A stretch of 64,000 nucleotides of DNA, from assembly GCA_964386535.1 (NCBI GenBank), contig CAYLRY010000009.1, positions 328 to 64,327 of the forward strand. Reading direction: 5' to 3'. This stretch comes from an uncultured Dehalococcoidales bacterium (GTDB taxonomy: Bacteria > Chloroflexota > Dehalococcoidia > Dehalococcoidales > UBA3254). The notes beneath the pieces were generated by a model that saw only the letters and a program-made list of their open reading frames with translations, did not search any database and had not been told where the DNA came from. Of this stretch, positions 1 to 9,775 are shown in pieces (the stretch's first letter is position 1; each line of letters begins with the position of its first letter). The position numbers were made by a program, and so were the translations under genes.

Positions 1-2
1 CG

Positions 3-1307
3 CCCCTGCCAATTACACCGGACGGCCAACCAGTGAATAATACTTCAAATACTGCCTGCGAAAAAAGCCCCTCAGAAAGCAAAGATGCCAATATCACCGT
101 TACCGGCTACTGGTATTACTATACTGATTTACAATCTCCGGATTATCGTGATGGTCCTGCGGCCCCTGCCGTTCCGGCCAAATATTTCCTGGTTTACCTA
201 TATGACCAAAATGGAAATTATAAAGGATATGATTACACGGATGAAAATGGCTATTTTTCCATATCCAATGTAGATCCAAGCAATGGACTAAAATCCAGGT
301 TATGGTGCTACGTCAACTATCTCGGTGACGAGCTAAGAGTCATATATTTTGGCAGCACAACCACCGGCCTGGATGATGTCTGGTACTCTCAAAATACCTA
401 TACTTATTATTTCCCCGCTGACGGCGGTACTCATACAATGGGATCAATATATCACGACTGTGGAGCCGATGGCGATGGGGCTTTATGGATTAAAGACGAC
501 ATGGACAGGGCTTACAGGTATCCCAACAGCCCAATCACCCAGGGTTCCTGTACCGCCAGGTGGACGGAAAATAATCCGGAAGATACATGTGCGGGAGGAG
601 GTATGATCAAACTATCCGGACCCGTGCAAAAGGCGCCGGATGTGGTCATCCATGAATACGCCCATGTTTCGATGGCGCATATCAATCCGGTCACGTATAC
701 GCCGGCAAATCCGCATTACATGTGGACGGCTTACGATGTCTATAATGGGTGGGTGGAGGGTTGGGCTGACTTCTTCCCGCTGGTGGTAAACGGCAACCCT
801 ACTTACACTAATGAGAATAACAACAATGAAGATATGGAAACCCATTCCATTTATGGCGCTACCGGAGACACAGTTGAAGGGAGGGTGGCCTGTGCCTTAT
901 GGGACCTGTTTGATAATAATAACGAAGGGTATGATTTGTTTACCACTTCTTTTTCCGATATATGGACTACCTTCTGTAATACCCAGCCAGGATACACACA
1001 GACTTTCCATCAATTCTGGGATAAAACCAGCTTCAAAAATAATCTCAATGCTTTTCAGACTTTATATCAAAATACCATCGATTACGGCAAACACCTGGCA
1101 GTTGATATAGTTCCAGCATCGACCGGCGTAGTTTACAAAATCCCAGAATCCATAACGTACCCTGAAAACTATGAGGTTATTCTAAGCGCCCAACCTTTTA
1201 GTGGATACCTGTTCTCATACTGGAATGGATATGTGGCAGATACTCTTTCCCATTTCTCCATCATTACAGGTATTGTAACCGGAGGGAAGATACCGGTTAG
1301 CCGGTAA
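3..1307 (+). CDS. Secreted gluzincin-type zinc metalloprotease-like protein, 5'-partial (frame open to the window edge)
   Basis: ORF track gives 33..1307. The same frame has no stop back to nt 3. HEYAH (HExxH) is followed about 30 aa later by W-V-E-G-W-A-D-F, which fits a third-ligand Glu context. N-terminal DENGYFSI looks like a beta-sandwich segment. C-terminal SAQPFSGYLFSYWNG resembles InlB B-repeat type domains. Confidence 0.6.
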   Translation, partial: PLPITPDGQPVNNTSNTACEKSPSESKDANITVTGYWYYYTDLQSPDYRDGPAAPAVPAKYFLVYLYDQNGNYKGYDYTDENGYFSISNVDPSNGLKSRLWCYVNYLGDELRVIYFGSTTTGLDDVWYSQNTYTYYFPADGGTHTMGSIYHDCGADGDGALWIKDDMDRAYRYPNSPITQGSCTARWTENNPEDTCAGGGMIKLSGPVQKAPDVVIHEYAHVSMAHINPVTYTPANPHYMWTAYDVYNGWVEGWADFFPLVVNGNPTYTNENNNNEDMETHSIYGATGDTVEGRVACALWDLFDNNNEGYDLFTTSFSDIWTTFCNTQPGYTQTFHQFWDKTSFKNNLNAFQTLYQNTIDYGKHLAVDIVPASTGVVYKIPESITYPENYEVILSAQPFSGYLFSYWNGYVADTLSHFSIITGIVTGGKIPVSR

Positions 1308-1460
1308 AACCCGGCTGAATAAATTGATAGAATATGGTTTTCGCTTCAGGAGGCTAACGAAATTGCGGCTGCATGAAATGAGCCGGCACTACGAACATTG
1401 TTAAACGAAACCAGGTGACTCCGGGGCTGATGATAAATCCCCAAAGTCATTCAATCTTTA

Positions 1461-2372
1461 TTACCTGGGCGGGTCTTTGTTTTCTTTCAAAAACTCTTCC
1501 GCAAACCTTATGGCGTCACTGGGTGAAATATCGAGTGGTTCTTTGTAGGGCATCTCAACATAGTCTTTTTCCAGTTCTTTGATATAGGCATCAAATTGCG
1601 GATTTTGCTGCCTTATCGAATCAAGTTTGCTCTCCAGCTCTCCGATGGCATTATCCATTTCATTGAAATTCAGATCCAGGTGTAATATGTGATTGAGCCT
1701 GATAAGCACAGCCTTTATTGATTTGGCGCTGTATCCCACAATAACATTAAATTCAGGATAATAGGGCACTCTGACGGTGAAGGTGGCGCCCTCCAGCCCT
1801 TTTTTCTTACAGGCGTAAAGGAGCATTTGATTGAAAGTAGCGGGGCCTTCCCGGTTGGAATACATGACGTTGTACTGTTCCATTTCATTTTTGACTGTTA
1901 CACTGGTACAGGTGCAGGTCATAAAAGGCTCCCGGGTGTAAGGTATCTTGCCTAAAAGCCCTCCCAGTGAGTACAGGCGTTTTACTCCGAATTCCAGGCC
2001 CAGACCAACCACGGCATCTGCGTATTCTTCCCAGTTGAGATTGGGCTCGGTACCCACTAAAAAAATCAGGTCATGATCGGATACAGGATTCCTGGCAAAG
2101 TAAAATTCATTCCTGGGAAAATGGAATTCGGTTATCAGACCCTCCTGCATTTTAAAGACCGGGGCTACACTCTGTACATCCGGCAACTGGTAAATATGAT
2201 AGCGCGCAGCCGGCAGTTCTGCGAATTTTTCTGCTTTTAAAGCCCTTATAAAATAGTCCAATCCGCCTATAGCTACATTACCGTTATTTACCCAGCCATT
2301 TAAACCGCAAACCAGGCTGGGATTACGCAGGGTTGGCCTGCTGGTGACGATCAGATGCCCTTCATCGCTCAT
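1461..2372 (-). CDS. PAC2 (proteasome assembly chaperone 2-like) family protein
   Basis: 303-aa ORF with a GGAG SD before ATG 2372. The N-terminal pattern (LRNPSLVCGLNGWVNNGNVAIGGLDY ... LIFLVGTEPNLNWEEY) matches my memory of the PAC2/DUF75 family. No search was run. Confidence 0.55.
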   Translation of the reverse strand: MSDEGHLIVTSRPTLRNPSLVCGLNGWVNNGNVAIGGLDYFIRALKAEKFAELPAARYHIYQLPDVQSVAPVFKMQEGLITEFHFPRNEFYFARNPVSDHDLIFLVGTEPNLNWEEYADAVVGLGLEFGVKRLYSLGGLLGKIPYTREPFMTCTCTSVTVKNEMEQYNVMYSNREGPATFNQMLLYACKKKGLEGATFTVRVPYYPEFNVIVGYSAKSIKAVLIRLNHILHLDLNFNEMDNAIGELESKLDSIRQQNPQFDAYIKELEKDYVEMPYKEPLDISPSDAIRFAEEFLKENKDPPR

Positions 2373-2628
2373 GATAAAAAACTCCGATATCTTTTAAGTC
2401 ACATTATAGCATACGCCAACCTGTCCAGACATCAACACCCTTAAAAAATATACGTTCCCCTTTGACGGGCATTTGCACTAATGGAACCTGTATCAAGTTA
2501 TTTTCTAGCCTGTACAGCTTTTCTAATATAAACTGCGGAACTGACTTACGCCGCCGGTTCTGCTGGTACATATCTAAACAAATTTTTATCAGGTGCAAGC
2601 AGACGCTGATCATAACAACAGGCGCGTC

Positions 2629-2662
2629 AATATTAAAAGCGGTTAATACCGCTTTTAATATT
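2629..2662 (-). terminator. Perfect 15-bp-arm hairpin downstream of the binding-protein gene
   Basis: AATATTAAAAGCGGT (2629-2643), loop TAAT, ACCGCTTTTAATATT (2648-2662). GCGGT/ACCGC core flanked by A/T runs. Lies 32 nt after the stop at 2694. Confidence 0.6.
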
Positions 2663-2693
2663 GACTGACTGACCTGGTAAAAGACTTTATTTC

Positions 2694-4331
2694 CTATTTG
2701 GCTAACCAGGCGTTCTGAGGCTCATAAAAATTAGGATGACCCACCATCCATTGAATATCGCCTTTCAGATCTTTAACGGCAGCAGAGATGTCCGGAGCTG
2801 ACCAGATGGGTATACACATGGCATCTGTATACATGAGCCTGACCATTTCCTTTAAAATGGCCATGCGCTTAGTGTAGTCAGGTTCAGCAATAGCTTCATC
2901 CATTTTCTTCTGGAAATCTCCGCGGTACATGCTTGGGTAGACCGTGGAATTCAAGGAAGTATAGTAGCTCTGGAGAGGGCCGACAATGGGAACGCCCATG
3001 CACAGAATACCATCTTTCCAGCCATTAGTCCGGATTTCCGCGGCTTTTGCGCTGTCTACAATATCCAGCGTGCAATCAATACCGACATCCTTAAGGTAAG
3101 TCTGGAGGGCTACCAGAATCTCCCGGTTATAGCTGGTTCCGGCGATCAATTTAGACTTGAATCCATTGGGATAACCTGCCTCTTTGAGCAGGGCTTTAGC
3201 TTTGGCGGGATCATATTCGCGGGGAACCAGGTCGGCGATATAAGTGACATCCCCCGGGTTGGCAAAGTGAGTTACGGGATTGTAGATACCGCTCCCCAGG
3301 CTGGCGATGGCTTTCTTATCAATAGCATATTCCGCCGCCTGTCTCACTTTGATATTCGACCAAACAGAGTCCTTATTAGCGCCGTCAGGACAGATATAGT
3401 TGATCATGTTGCGGCTGGATTTTAGTATTTCGTATCCCGAAGACTTAAGGTCCACCGTATCCCTGGGCGTGATGCCGAATATCAAATGGGCTTCCCCGTT
3501 CTTGAAAGACATAAGAGCAGTTACCGCGTCCGCAATCTCATTCATTTCTATGCCATCCAGGTATGGCTTGCCAGGCTGCCAGTAGCTGGGATTTTTCTTG
3601 GTGTATTTGATGAACTGGGCACGGGTATAATCAACATACAGGAAAGGGCCGGTACCGATCATATGGTCTCTGGCCATATTCTCTGGAGTGGTGGCTTTCC
3701 TGGCCGCGGTAGGAGATACCATTCCGCGTTCTGCCAGTGAAGTCATGAATTTAGAGTCAAAGGTTGAATATTTTACTTTAAGAGTATACTCATCCACCAC
3801 TTCATATCCAGCTATATTAGCAAAGAGAGATTTGCCGTAGGCTGCATTTACGGTGGACTCTTTAATCAGGTTGAAGTTTTCGGCTAAAGCCGCAGCATTC
3901 CAATCGGTCCCATCATGGAACTTAACTCCTTTGCGGCATTTGATTAAAAGTGTTTTACCGTCAGGCGAGATTTCGTAGGACTCTGCCAGTTTGGGGACGA
4001 TTTTTTCATCGTTATCATAATTCCATAAGGTCTCTATGGCCGGGCGGGAAACCCTGGGATACATGCCGCCGGTTACTTCCGCCTGAGCGCCCAGTTGACC
4101 TATGCTACTGACTGCTCCGGTAAAAATCATTTTCCAGGTACCTCCCAAGCGGGGTGCGGTTGAGTCTGTTGTCTTGATGATCGGTGAAACTGAGGATGAG
4201 ACAGCCGTAGCCTGGGTAGTTTGCGCCGGTGCAGGCACAGAAGAAGACGTGGTGTTTGTCCCCTGGGAACAACCTATAAGTAACAATGACACTGCCAGAA
4301 CCACCAAAAAAAACACTAATGATCTTTTCAT
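2694..4331 (-). CDS. ABC transporter substrate-binding lipoprotein, family 5 (Opp/Dpp/Nik type)
   Basis: 545 aa. Signal peptide with lipobox LLLIGC and a Ser/Thr-rich linker. Family-5 blocks RKGVKFHDGTDWNA and YDPAKAKALLKEAGYPNGF. SD GGAG before ATG 4331. Confidence 0.9.
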   Translation of the reverse strand: MKRSLVFFLVVLAVSLLLIGCSQGTNTTSSSVPAPAQTTQATAVSSSVSPIIKTTDSTAPRLGGTWKMIFTGAVSSIGQLGAQAEVTGGMYPRVSRPAIETLWNYDNDEKIVPKLAESYEISPDGKTLLIKCRKGVKFHDGTDWNAAALAENFNLIKESTVNAAYGKSLFANIAGYEVVDEYTLKVKYSTFDSKFMTSLAERGMVSPTAARKATTPENMARDHMIGTGPFLYVDYTRAQFIKYTKKNPSYWQPGKPYLDGIEMNEIADAVTALMSFKNGEAHLIFGITPRDTVDLKSSGYEILKSSRNMINYICPDGANKDSVWSNIKVRQAAEYAIDKKAIASLGSGIYNPVTHFANPGDVTYIADLVPREYDPAKAKALLKEAGYPNGFKSKLIAGTSYNREILVALQTYLKDVGIDCTLDIVDSAKAAEIRTNGWKDGILCMGVPIVGPLQSYYTSLNSTVYPSMYRGDFQKKMDEAIAEPDYTKRMAILKEMVRLMYTDAMCIPIWSAPDISAAVKDLKGDIQWMVGHPNFYEPQNAWLAK

Positions 4332-4424
4332 GAATTAACTCCTTTCTTAATTTATCATCAATTTTTAAGTTTTTGAATCTTATATTTTATATTTATTTAG
4401 AATATCTGGTTTTATCCCTGCCAT

Positions 4425-5822
4425 TTAATTTTTTACCGGTATAATAACCCCCTGTTTGATCAAGTTTTTCTGCAAAGACTGATAATTCACTTTTCTGACG
4501 TTTAGTCCGGAACTTACTGCCATAGCCGCTGCTGTCCCCGCGGCCTGTCCGAAGCACAGGCAATGCGGGATAATGTTAAAGTAGCTGTTGAAAAGGTCCG
4601 ACGAGGAGAAGGCCCGGCAGGCAACCAGCAAGCCCTCAATTTTTTTGGGTACGAGGCTCCGGTAAGGAATGCATACAGCAGGGTGTCTGGTGGAATTTTC
4701 AGCTGTATCATTATTGGCGAATTCCGCTATGGTATCTTCAAAAATTTCATCTGAGACAATGTCTTTTTCGGTACAAATATATTCCCCTATAACGCGGCGA
4801 CCTCCCTGGGTGCCCAGTTGCGGTGAGGTAGTCATGATAAGGCTTTTCTCAAACCCCGGCACCCTCTTCTTTAAATATTCCCAGGACATAACAATACGCC
4901 TGCGGAGGTTAATCTCCGCTTTGTTCAATTCTTCAACATCCATCTGGTCTGAGCTCTGGTACATGGGATGAGACCAGAGAACATTCTCATGATCTTTCAA
5001 CAGGTCTTTAAAAAAACGGCTGAACCCGCCCTGAGCGGTAAGCTCAGCCAGAAGTTCCTCATACTTCTTGGGTTCAGCGGACTTAAAATCATCTCGTAAT
5101 TTGACATCCACATTGCCCAGCCAGAAAGCCATGGCCAGTTTGGCTGTTCTGAATTTAGGATTGATGGCAGCGTCAAATTCCGCACCGGCCCGCACAAAGA
5201 CGTCCCCATCACCAGTGGAATCGATAATAACTTTCCCCAGTACCGCCTGCCGCCCGGACTTGTTCTCAACGATGACGCCTTTGACAGTATTGCCCTCCAT
5301 CACCGGTTGGGTAAACCAGGAATGGGCCAGAATCCTGACCTTTGCCTCCTGTAGCATGATAACCAGTTCGTCCTTGAGAACCTCCGGATCCAGTAAAGCC
5401 GTGTATAAGACCCGGTTTTTACCGGAATTGTAGTCCTTGCGTACATAAAAGTTGGGCATGGCGGCATCCAGATAGCGGTCCACCACCCTGGGGTCGTCAG
5501 TACCCCGTTCCTGCTTAGTGGGATAATGGGCGGCCTCACGGGCATCCATGCGGTCAATTATTTCCTGGCATATTCCGGCGATATGCTGCCTGCCAAAGAT
5601 ATCACTCAGGTTCGGGATAATATTCACCAGTCCGCCGGTAGCCATTCCGCCGAGATAGCCGTACCTCTCGATAAGAATAGTATCAGCGCCGTTTCGGGCC
5701 GCGGCCAGAGCGGCGGCTATTCCGCCGGGACCGCCGCCAACCACTACTACATCCGCTTCGTAGTAGACTTTGGTCTCGCGGGCTGGTTCCTGGATAGTCT
5801 TTGTTGATTGAGTTTTTTCCAT
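4425..5822 (-). CDS. FAD-dependent oxidoreductase (FAD_oxidored-like)
   Basis: Dinucleotide-binding motif VVVVGGGPGGIAAALAAARNG. I moved the start from the track's 5921 to ATG 5822, which has AGGAG (5831-5835) 8 nt upstream. Confidence 0.85.
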   Translation of the reverse strand: MEKTQSTKTIQEPARETKVYYEADVVVVGGGPGGIAAALAAARNGADTILIERYGYLGGMATGGLVNIIPNLSDIFGRQHIAGICQEIIDRMDAREAAHYPTKQERGTDDPRVVDRYLDAAMPNFYVRKDYNSGKNRVLYTALLDPEVLKDELVIMLQEAKVRILAHSWFTQPVMEGNTVKGVIVENKSGRQAVLGKVIIDSTGDGDVFVRAGAEFDAAINPKFRTAKLAMAFWLGNVDVKLRDDFKSAEPKKYEELLAELTAQGGFSRFFKDLLKDHENVLWSHPMYQSSDQMDVEELNKAEINLRRRIVMSWEYLKKRVPGFEKSLIMTTSPQLGTQGGRRVIGEYICTEKDIVSDEIFEDTIAEFANNDTAENSTRHPAVCIPYRSLVPKKIEGLLVACRAFSSSDLFNSYFNIIPHCLCFGQAAGTAAAMAVSSGLNVRKVNYQSLQKNLIKQGVIIPVKN

Positions 5823-6053
5823 AGGTAAATCTCCTTCAAAAGATAATTTGCTACTATGCTGGAGTCCGAATAATCCGTTCACTAACCGCAATATAAAGTC
5901 TGGCAGTAATAAAGATGCCAAAATAAAAACTTTATACTCCTGACTAATACATTAAATTTAATTAATCTTTGATCTGCATTCTATATATTTAAGATTTGAT
6001 CGTGTGTTTGATCTCTGTAAATTGAATATTCCTCATGATTTTCCAGTTGGTTT

Positions 6054-6962
6054 TCATAGCGTTCCCCTTAGTCTGGGGTCCAGAGAATCCCGCAACCCAT
6101 CTCCCATCATATTAAAACCGAAGACCACCAGCATGATGGCCAGTCCGGGGGCAAAAGATAAAACCGGATTAGTAAGCAGGTACTTATAGCCGTCATTGAC
6201 CATACTGCCCCAGGCACAGGTAGGCGGCACTATGCCGATGCCCAGAAAGCTCAGGCTGGCTTCAGCCAGAATGGTGGTCCCCAGGGCAATGGTGATCATG
6301 ACCAGCAGGGGAGGAAAGGCATTGGGAAAAAGATGGCGCAGGATCATTCTGAAATCACTGACGCCGATCGACCGTTCAGCCAGAATATAGTCATTTTGCA
6401 TAATCAAGAGAGTCTGACCGCACATCATGCGGCACTGCCCGGCAAGTCCTCCAACAGCTAGCGCAATGATCACATTTTTAATGCCGCCGCCCAGCAAGGC
6501 AGCTACGATAAGGGCATTCAGAAGCATGGGAATTGACATCAGTGCATCTGTAAAGCGCATAATAACGGCAAAAACCCATCCTCCATACAGCGCCGCCACC
6601 AGGCCCATGGCCTCACCCACAATAGCTGATATGGCCACGGCAGTGATGCCTACCAGTAATGAGGTCTGGCTGCCGTATATTATTCGGCTCAGCGTATCCC
6701 GTCCCAGGGGGTCTGTACCCAGGAGATGTTCCCGCGAAGGTGGGGCAAGCTGATTGGACAGGTCCATTTTATAAGGATCATAAGGAGCCAGCAGGGGTGC
6801 AAAAATGGCTGTAATGATTAACAGCAGGATAAATATGAGACCTACCACAGCCACCTTGCGGCCGAAAAAGACCCTGACGATCCGCCGGAACTCGCTGTTC
6901 AGGAATGATTGTGACGGTACAGTTTGAACTATCTGTTCCGCAGAAGTTGAGTTGTCCGGCAT
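6054..6962 (-). CDS. ABC transporter permease, DppC/OppC type
   Basis: Multi-TM protein with a BPD_transp_1-like core (SLSFLGIGI.PP..WG). Start set to ATG 6962 with AAGGAGG at 6968-6974. It sits 10 nt after the upstream permease stop. Confidence 0.9.
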   Translation of the reverse strand: MPDNSTSAEQIVQTVPSQSFLNSEFRRIVRVFFGRKVAVVGLIFILLLIITAIFAPLLAPYDPYKMDLSNQLAPPSREHLLGTDPLGRDTLSRIIYGSQTSLLVGITAVAISAIVGEAMGLVAALYGGWVFAVIMRFTDALMSIPMLLNALIVAALLGGGIKNVIIALAVGGLAGQCRMMCGQTLLIMQNDYILAERSIGVSDFRMILRHLFPNAFPPLLVMITIALGTTILAEASLSFLGIGIVPPTCAWGSMVNDGYKYLLTNPVLSFAPGLAIMLVVFGFNMMGDGLRDSLDPRLRGTL

Positions 6963-6972
6963 TTGTACCTCC

Positions 6973-7929
6973 TTAACTATAACGAATCCGTGGATCGAAC
7001 CAGCCGTAGGAGATATCCACAATCAGGTTGGAAAGCACCACCACAGTGGAAATAATGAGTACCCCCGATTGGACAATCTGATAATCCTGTGAGAAAACAG
7101 CGTCCCGCATGAGGCGGCCGATACCTGAAATATTAAAAACGGTCTCGATCAGTACAGAACCTCCGAAGATCAGCCCCACCTGCATACCCAGCATGGTGAT
7201 GACCGGTACCAGGGCGTTTTTAAGAATGTGTCTGAAAATGATAATCCTTTCAGTAAGACCTTTAGCCCAGGCGGTGCGGATATAATCCTGCCGAACCACC
7301 TCCAGCGTGCTTGAACGGGCCTGCCGTGTCAGAGAAGCTATGGAAAAAAGAGATAAACAAAAAACGGGCATAATAATCTGGCGTGTAGACAACCAGAAGT
7401 CATCAAAAGGCGAAGTATAACCCCAGACAGGCAGCCAGTGCAGCTTGAGGGAGAGAAAATAGATCAGCAAAATCCCGATCCAGAAAGAAGGGGCCGTGAT
7501 CCCTATATTAGCCAAAATGGTCAGAAATGTATCTACCCACCTGCCGCGCTTTATACCGCACAAAACGCCAAAAAAAATGCCAAGTACACCGCTGATAATC
7601 ATGGAAAGTATGCCCAGGTGAAGGGTAACTGGCATGCGCTTGGCAATAAGCGAAGTAATGCTTTCATTTAAAAAGATGGAGGTACCAAGATCGCCCCGCA
7701 ATACGCCGCCCAGCCAGCTTAAGTACTGCATGGGGAGTGACTTATCCAGCCCGTACATTTGCTTGATAGTCTGGAGATCCTCAGGCGCTACTTTATCTAT
7801 TTCAGCTTGAGCCATAAAAAGCGTCAAAGGATCCCCAGGCAGAAGCCGCATCACTAAAAAAATAAACAGACTAACTATGATGAGTACTATAATTCCCTGC
7901 AATAAACGGCGAATGATATAAGTAGTCAT
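6973..7929 (-). CDS. ABC transporter permease, DppB/OppB type
   Basis: 318 aa. N-terminal MTTYIIRRLLQGIIVLIIVSLFIFLVMRLLPGDP is typical of OppB/DppB. Contains the motif YIRTAWAKGL. Confidence 0.9.
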   Translation of the reverse strand: MTTYIIRRLLQGIIVLIIVSLFIFLVMRLLPGDPLTLFMAQAEIDKVAPEDLQTIKQMYGLDKSLPMQYLSWLGGVLRGDLGTSIFLNESITSLIAKRMPVTLHLGILSMIISGVLGIFFGVLCGIKRGRWVDTFLTILANIGITAPSFWIGILLIYFLSLKLHWLPVWGYTSPFDDFWLSTRQIIMPVFCLSLFSIASLTRQARSSTLEVVRQDYIRTAWAKGLTERIIIFRHILKNALVPVITMLGMQVGLIFGGSVLIETVFNISGIGRLMRDAVFSQDYQIVQSGVLIISTVVVLSNLIVDISYGWFDPRIRYS

Positions 7930-8228
7930 TCCTGCTCCATTGAAAGTTTACAAAAATTTGCAGGTCATACGTTTAAGACATAAGACTTTTTGTTCGTTGA
8001 GTACGCTAATAATCTGACATACTTGAATTCATGGTATAAAAAAAGAAGTAATCTGGAAGAGCTGCTGAGAATAAGCCATGGCTGCCTGCTTGAATACCTA
8101 TGATATACCTGGCATATGCGATTGTCAAGATGACTTTAGTTAAATCAGAGTTGTAGATACAAATCATATATCTCTGATTAAGTATTGAAATATAATATAC
8201 TATATGATACACACAGGCGTAAACTAAA

Positions 8229-8257
8229 TTGACAATTCCAATCGGAAGTACAATAAT
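8229..8257 (+). promoter_or_regulatory. Candidate sigma70-type promoter of the nuo operon
   Basis: TTGACA (8229-8234), 17-nt spacer, AATAAT (8252-8257). About 60 nt upstream of the nuoA start. Confidence 0.3.
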
Positions 8258-8317
8258 AGAGGCGTGGGCGAGAGGTTGGGTAACTCAGACCCATTATTTT
8301 TATAACTGGGGGCTAAC

Positions 8318-8689
8318 TTGCTGACAGGTTTCGGTTTAGTCGCTATGTTCTTAATAGTCGCCTTAGTTTTTGCTGCTTCAATGGTAATGATACCTATTTT
8401 TCTAAGGTCTCTGAACATAGTACCCAAGAAACCCAACAAGGTTAAGAATTCCACCTTTGAATGCGGCATGCAGACCATCGGCAAGACCTGGGTGAGGTTT
8501 AATTTCCGGTATTACTTTTATGCCCTAATATTCCTCGCTCTGGATATACTGGTGCTCTTCCTGTATCCCTGGGCGGTTGGGCTGCAGTCTATAGGCTATT
8601 TCGGACTGGCAGCCGTTCTGATATTCATCGCAATCATTATCGTGGGTTTTCTGTATGCCTGGAAGAAGAAGGTGCTGGAGTGGAAGTAA
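8318..8689 (+). CDS. nuoA: NADH-quinone oxidoreductase subunit A
   Basis: 123 aa, TTG start, 3 TM. FECG motif and LFLYPWAV are typical of NuoA/ND3. Confidence 0.9.
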   Translation: MLTGFGLVAMFLIVALVFAASMVMIPIFLRSLNIVPKKPNKVKNSTFECGMQTIGKTWVRFNFRYYFYALIFLALDILVLFLYPWAVGLQSIGYFGLAAVLIFIAIIIVGFLYAWKKKVLEWK

Positions 8690-9336
8690 ACGAAATGGAA
8701 ATCCCCCCCTGCGAAAGCCTTGAGGTAGAAAAAGCCGAAGGCGCTCAGATAGAAGCACTAAAAACCGGTGCTACCAGCGCTATTCCTGATCCTGACGGTT
8801 GGATGGACCAAGAAATCAAACGTAATTTACTTTTAACTACAGTAGATTGGGCTCTGGACTGGGCCAAGCGCTCGTCTCTGTGGACTACTGTCTGCTTCCC
8901 AGCTTGCTGTGCTTTTGAATTTATTGCCACCGCAGCTTCCCGTTTTGATATCTCCCGTTTTGGCATGGAAATCATGCGGGCTTCGCCGCGCCAGGCCGAC
9001 CTTATGATCACCGCCGGGACACTGACCTGGAAAATGGCGCCCCAGGTAAAACGTATATATGACCAGATGCCTGAGCCCAAGTGGGTCATTGCTATGGGCG
9101 CTTGTGCCTGCTCCGGTGGTATTTTCGCTAACTCTTACGCTGTGGTTCCTGGTTACAACCGCATTATTCCCATTGATGTATATGTTCCAGGCTGCCCGCC
9201 GCGGCCGGAAGCTCTTCTTTATGGCATCCAGAGCCTGCAAAAGAAAATAGCCAGAGAACATGTCAATATCAAGATCCCTTCTCCTAAAGAGGGTTTTGAA
9301 TTGCTGCAAACTATAAAAAATAAAGAGCTGAAATGA
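8680..9336 (+). CDS. nuoB: NADH-quinone oxidoreductase subunit B (about 45-aa N-terminal extension)
   Basis: N2-cluster cysteines CCAFEF, GACACSGG and VPGCPPRPEAL. GTG 8680 overlaps the nuoA end. An alternative ATG lies at 8695. Confidence 0.95.
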   Translation: MEVNEMEIPPCESLEVEKAEGAQIEALKTGATSAIPDPDGWMDQEIKRNLLLTTVDWALDWAKRSSLWTTVCFPACCAFEFIATAASRFDISRFGMEIMRASPRQADLMITAGTLTWKMAPQVKRIYDQMPEPKWVIAMGACACSGGIFANSYAVVPGYNRIIPIDVYVPGCPPRPEALLYGIQSLQKKIAREHVNIKIPSPKEGFELLQTIKNKELK

Positions 9337-9773
9337 CGATAGCATTATCCGGACCTGATATTGCCAGCCGGTTATCTGTACATTTGCCCGGCGCAGTGGT
9401 AGATGCAACTGGTAATTCGGTTTTGGTAAGAATTGCATTCTTGTTAAAGGTAGTAGAATATCTAAGAAATGAGCCTTCGCTGGGTTTTGACTATCTGAAT
9501 GATATTACTTCAGCCGATTACTTTGACTATTTTGAAGTAATTTACAGGCTAACTTCCCTGGAACACAATCATACCCTGGCTCTAAAAGTCCGCTGCTATG
9601 ACCGCCAAAAACCGGAGTTGCCGTCAATGACCGGTTTCTGGCGAGGCGCCGATTATATGGAAAGGGAAATTTTCGATTTAATGGGGATCATATTTACCGG
9701 CCACCCCAATTTAAAGCGGATCGTTCTATGGGAAGGCTTTGACGGTCATCCTCTGCGCAAGGATTATCTATAA
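9333..9773 (+). CDS. nuoC: NADH-quinone oxidoreductase subunit C
   Basis: 146 aa. ATGA overlap with nuoB. ERE.FD..GI.F.GHP motif (MEREIFDLMGIIFTGHPNLKR). Confidence 0.9.
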   Translation: MTIALSGPDIASRLSVHLPGAVVDATGNSVLVRIAFLLKVVEYLRNEPSLGFDYLNDITSADYFDYFEVIYRLTSLEHNHTLALKVRCYDRQKPELPSMTGFWRGADYMEREIFDLMGIIFTGHPNLKRIVLWEGFDGHPLRKDYL

Positions 9774-9775
9774 AA

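Noticed and set aside
5823-5921. N-terminal extensions in the ORF track for the FAD oxidoreductase (to 5921), permease C (to 7022), grpE (to 27796), rsmE (to 45198) and elp3 (from 41004).
   Set aside because: In each case an internal ATG with a proper SD gives the family-typical N-terminus. The longer versions would overlap the upstream gene or lack an SD.
8833-9438. 201-codon ORF antisense to nuoB/nuoC. Similar long antisense ORFs occur at 14292-14729, 24236-24829, 32570-32971, 56737-57091 and elsewhere.
   Set aside because: Each lies entirely inside a confidently identified gene on the other strand. They have no SD or recognisable motifs and show odd, low-complexity composition. These are typical shadow ORFs.
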